Assembly: GCF_009914755.1 (NCBI RefSeq)
Contig: NC_060931.1
DNA length: 64,000 nt
Source: the human T2T-CHM13v2.0 reference genome, Homo sapiens
Reading direction: 5' to 3' (one strand)
The notes below the pieces were generated by a model. The model saw nothing but the letters and a program-made list of their open reading frames with translations, was not told where the DNA came from and did not search any database. The position numbers and the translations under genes were made by a program. Of the stretch, positions 59,330 through 64,000 are shown piece by piece; the first letter of the stretch is position 1; each line of letters starts with the position of its first letter.

Positions 59330-62300
59330 AAAGATAAATTTAAAAATTTCTTGAGACAAACAAAAATGAACATACAACATACCCAAACCTGTGGGATACA
59401 ACAGAAACAGTTCCAAGAGGAAAGTTCATAGCAATAAATGCTTGCATCAAAAAAGACCAGTCTAAGGTAAACAACCTAACTTTGTACCTTAAGGAACTAG
59501 AAAAATAAGAACAAACTAAGCTCAAAGTTAGTAGAAGGAAGGAAAAAAAAAAGATCATCACAGAAATAAATAAAATAGATATTAGAAACTCACTAGAAAA
59601 GATCAACAAAACTAAGAGTTGGTTTCTGGAAAAGATTAACAAATTTGACAAAACTTAAAGAGACACAGATAAATAAAATCATAAATGAAAAAGGAGACAT
59701 TACAACTGATACATCAGAAACACAAAAGATTGTGAGGGTACAATGAACAATTACGTGCAAACAAATAGAAAAACTCAGAAAAAAATGGGTAAATTCCTTG
59801 ATGTATACAACTTACCAAGACCAGACTATTAAAAAATAGAAAATCTTAGCAGACCAATAATGAATAAACACATAAACAGACCAATAATGAGTAAGGAGAT
59901 TGAATCAATAATATAAAGTCTCCCATCAAAAAAAAAAAGCCCAGAACCTGATGGCTTCATTGCTGAATTCTATCAAAAACTTAAAGAATGACTCATATCA
60001 ATTATTTAAAACCTTAAAAAATTGAAGAGGGAATACTTCCAAATTCATTTTACAAGATCAGCATCACCCTGATACCAAAGCCAGATAAAAACACTACAAA
60101 AAAAAAGAAAAACCTCAAGCCAATATCCCTGATGAACACTGATGTAAAACATCTTCAACAAAATATTGGCAAACCGAATTCAAAGGCACGTGAAAAAGAT
60201 CTTCAGCATTATCAAATGGGATTCATCTTAGGGATACAAGGATGGTTCAACATATGTAAATTAATAAATGTGATACATCACATTAACTGAAGGGAGAACA
60301 AAAAACGTATGATCATTTCAATAGATGCAGATAAAAAATATTTGACAACATTCAACATACTTTCATGATAAAAACTCTCAACAATTAGGTATAAAAACTC
60401 TCAACAATTAGGTATAAAAAGCATGTACATCAACATAATAAAGGCCATATATGACAAACCCATAGCTAACATCAAACTCACTGGGGAAAAGTTGGACGCT
60501 TTTTCTCTAAGATCTAGAAGAAGACAAGAGTGGCCACTCTTGCCACTTCTTCTATTCAGTACATACTGGAGGTCATAGTCAAAGCAATAGGCAAGAGAAA
60601 GCAAATGAATCTAAATTAGAAAAGAAGAGATAAATTGTCCTTGTTTGTAGATGACATGCTGTTATTTATAACAAACACTAAAAAACTACTAGAACTAATA
60701 TCCAAATTCAGTAATGTTACATTACACACAATCAACATACAAAAATCAGAGAACAATCTGAAAAAGTCAAGAAAGTGATCCCCTTTATATAACTACAAAA
60801 AATAAAACATTTGTGAATAAACTTAACGAGGAGTTAGAAGATCTATACATTGAAAATTATGAAATACTGGTGAAAAAATTTGAAAGGATAGAAATAAATT
60901 AAAAGATATCCTGTGTTCACAGATTGAAAAAGTTGATATTGTTAAAATGTCCATACTACACCAAGAAATCTACAATTCAATGCAATCCCTATCAAAATGC
61001 AAGTGCCATTCTTCACAGAACTAGAAAAAACAATTTTAAAATTTGTATGAAACTACAACAGACTTTGAATAGCCAACACAATCTGGAGTGAAAAGAACAA
61101 AGCTGCATCATGTTACCTAACTTTAAAATGTACAACAAAGTTATAGTTACTACAACAGCATAGTACTGACATGAAAACAAATGTACCAATGGAACAGAAT
61201 AGAGAGCCCTGAAATAAATCCATACATTTACAGCAAACTGATTCAACAAAGGTACCAAGAACATACAATGGGGAAATCACAGTCTTTTCAATAACTGATG
61301 TTGGGAAAACTGGATATCTACCATGCAGAAGAATAAGTTTAGGTAATTTTCTCACATCATATGAAAATTAACTTAAAATGGATTAAATACTTAAATATAA
61401 GACCCAAAACTATGAAACTGCTATAAGAAAACATAGGTGAAAATCTCCATGACATAGGTCTAAGTAATGACTTTTTGGATGTGACTTCAAAAGCACAGAA
61501 AACAAAAGCAAAAATAAATGAGGGGACTATACAAAACTAAAAAGCTTCTGCACAGTAAAGGAAACAATCAACAAGAGTGAAGAGACATCCTACAGAATGG
61601 GAGAAAATATCTGTACATTATACATCTGGCTAAAGGTTTTATCCAAAATATATGATACTCAAACAGCTCATTAGCAAGAAAACAAATAACCTGGTAAAAA
61701 TTGGGCAAAGGACCTGAATAGATGCTTTTCAAAAGAAGACATACAAATAGACAATAGGTATATGAAAAAACGCCCAACATCACAAATCATTAGGAAAATG
61801 CAAATTAAAACCATAATGAGGTATCACTTCACACATGATAGGATGGCTGTTATCAAAAAGAGAAAAAGTATTAGTGAGGATATGGAGAAAATGGAATTTT
61901 GCAAGCTGTTGGTGGGAATGTAAATTAGTGCAGCCATTATGGAAAATAATATGAAGATTCCTCAAAAAATTAAAAATAGAAATACCATATGATCTGGCCA
62001 TCTCCTACTCGATATATATCCAGGGGAAGTGAAATCAGTATGTTGAAGATATATCTGTGCTATCATGTTCATTGTAGCATTATTCATGATAGTCAAGATG
62101 TAGAATCAACCTAAGTGTCCATCAGTGGATGAATGGATAAGGAAAATGTGGTGTATATACATAATGGAATACTGTTTATCCATAAAAATAATGAAATACT
62201 GTCATCTGTGAAAACTTGCATGAAGCTAGAGGACATTATGTTGAGTAAAATAAGCCAGGTACAGAAAGATAAATACCATATTATCTCACTCATATATGGA

Positions 62301-62637
62301 ATCTAGAAAGATGCAGAGAGTAGAATCATGGTTAACAAGGGCTTGGGTCGTTGAAGGATGGCAGAATTTGTGAGATATTGGGCAAAAGATACAAAATTTC
62401 ACTTAGGAGGAATATGTTCAAGAGATCTATTGTACAGCATAGTGACTATAGATAATAATATATTGTATTCATTAAAAATGCTAAAAGAGTGGATATAAAG
62501 TGTTCTTATCACAAAAATCATGACTATGTGAGGTAATGCTTATGTTAGCTAGATTTAAGCATTCCACAACGTATATATACTTCAAAACATCATGTTGTAC
62601 ATAATAAATACATAAATTTTATCTGTCCATTAAGAAA
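59330..62637 (+). mobile_element. LINE-1 3' portion (L1MA5-like): decayed ORF2 and 3'UTR
   Basis: More diverged ORF2; 3'UTR ggaggaatatgttcaagagatctattgtacagcatagtgactatag...cttcaaaacatcatgttgtac, typical of L1MA. Confidence 0.82.
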
Positions 62638-62974
62638 TGATTTAGTTCAGTTCTGAGACAAGACATCACTCTACCCTGCTGTTCTCTAAATACAATTCAA
62701 TAAATGCTCATGGCAGGTTTCTTCATAACTATTTTACAGGTGCCCTTTAAAGGGTGGGTGGTTAAACAAACCTTGGTACATTCATCATTAGAGTACTAGT
62801 CAACAATAAAAAGCAATGCAGCAACTTGGATGAAATTAAAAAAAAATATGCTCAGTAAAAAAAGCTAAATCCAAAGGCTTACATACTGTGTGATTTGTTT
62901 ACACAGCTTTGATGAAAATTTTATATTACTTTATTTTTACTTTTATTTTAGGTTCAGAGGTACATGTGAAGTTT

Positions 62975-63329
62975 GGTTTGTGGATTTTTGTTTTTTTGGT
63001 TTTTGTTCTTTTTGTTTTTGTTTTTGAGAAAGGATCTCACTGTGTTACCCAGGTTAGAGTGCAGTGACATGATCGCAGTTCACGGCAACCTCCCCTTCCC
63101 CAGTAGCTGGGACTACAGGCACACACCACCACCCCAGCTAATTCTGGTATTTTATTTTATTTTATTTTATTTTATTTTATTTTATTTTATATTATTTTAT
63201 TATTTATTTTGTAGAGATGGGGTTTTGTCATGTTGCCCGGGCTGGTCTCAAACTCCCGGACTCAAGCAATCAGCCTGTCTGGGCCTCCCAAAGTGCTAGG
63301 ATTATAGGTGTGAGCCACTGCACCTGGTC
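62975..63329 (-). mobile_element. AluJ with (TTTTA)n linker expansion and a short internal deletion
   Basis: Antisense Alu; (ttttA)n at 63150-63205. Confidence 0.88.
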
Positions 63330-63618
63330 CAGGTTTGTTATACAGGTAAAGGGTATGTCACAGGGGTTTGGTGTACATATTATTTTGACACCAAGGTAAG
63401 AAGCATAGTACTTAATAGGGTACCCATGTTTCTGCAAAGGACATGATCTCCTTTTTTATATGGCCGTGTAGTATTCCATGATGTATACGTACCACATTTT
63501 CTTTATTCAGTCTACTGTTGATGGGCATTTAGGATGATTCCATGTCTTTCCTATTGTGAACAGTGCTGCAGTTAACATGAACATGCGTGTGTCTTTATGA
63601 TAGAATGATTTATAGTCT

Positions 63619-63910
63619 GGCTGGACGCAGTAGCTCATGCCTGTAATCCCAACATTTGGGCAGCCAAAGCAGCCAGATCATTTCAGCTCACGAGTTTGAG
63701 ACCAGCCTGGACAATATGGTGAAACCATGTCTTTACTAAAGATACAAATATCAGATGGGTGTGGTGGCACAGGCTACTCAGGAGGCTGAGCCACAAGAAT
63801 CGCTTGAACCCAGGAGGCAGAGGTTGCAGTGAGCTGAGATAGCACCACTGCTCTCCAGAGTGGGTAACAGAGTGAGACTCTGAATCAAACAAAAACCCCA
63901 AAAACCAAAA
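63619..63910 (+). mobile_element. Alu (S/J, diverged)
   Basis: ggctggacgcagtagctcatgcctgtaatccc...gaggttgcagtgagctgagat. Confidence 0.88.
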
Positions 63911-64000
63911 CTATATTCCTTTGGGTATATACGCCAGTAATGGGATTGCTGGGGTGAATGGTAATCCTGTTTTAAGTTCTTTGAGAAATCTCCAAACTGA

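Larger units (their letters stand above)
62920..64000 (-). mobile_element. L1PA15/16-like 3' end in antisense, interrupted by two Alus, running off the window
   Basis: T-rich tail + ggttcagaggtacatgtg...; gcaaaggacatgatctc; gtaatgggattgctggg...gttctttgagaaatctccaaactg. Internal deletion near 63420. Confidence 0.82.

Overview
Human (primate) genomic DNA from inside the metabotropic glutamate receptor 8 gene GRM8, which is transcribed on the minus strand. The only bona fide coding sequence is one 936-nt internal exon (733-1668, minus strand, phase 0-0). It encodes the cysteine-rich domain and TM1-TM6 of this class C GPCR. Positions 1669-64000 lie in the large upstream intron; no further GRM8 exon is recognisable. 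That intron is a patchwork of repeats: about 15 Alus, several L1 copies of different ages, L2/MIR relics, MaLR and ERV1 solo LTRs, MER1A/MER2 MITEs and a near full-length Tigger1. Almost all other ORFs in the track are Alu/L1/Tigger-derived or chance ORFs. I see no convincing previously undescribed biological system. The best leads are: (i) a candidate 26-nt frameshifting cryptic exon caged in a small hairpin, 231 nt upstream of the TM exon; (ii) a sense-oriented MER66 LTR with TATA box and AATAAA about 1.5 kb upstream of that exon; (iii) three independent short inverted templated insertions with a shared architecture; and (iv) retrotransposition and deletion scars (twin-priming inversions, candidate 3' transductions, an L1PB/L1MA chimera). 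Repeat subfamily names come from recalled consensus motifs, not from a RepeatMasker run, and boundaries of old repeats are approximate.
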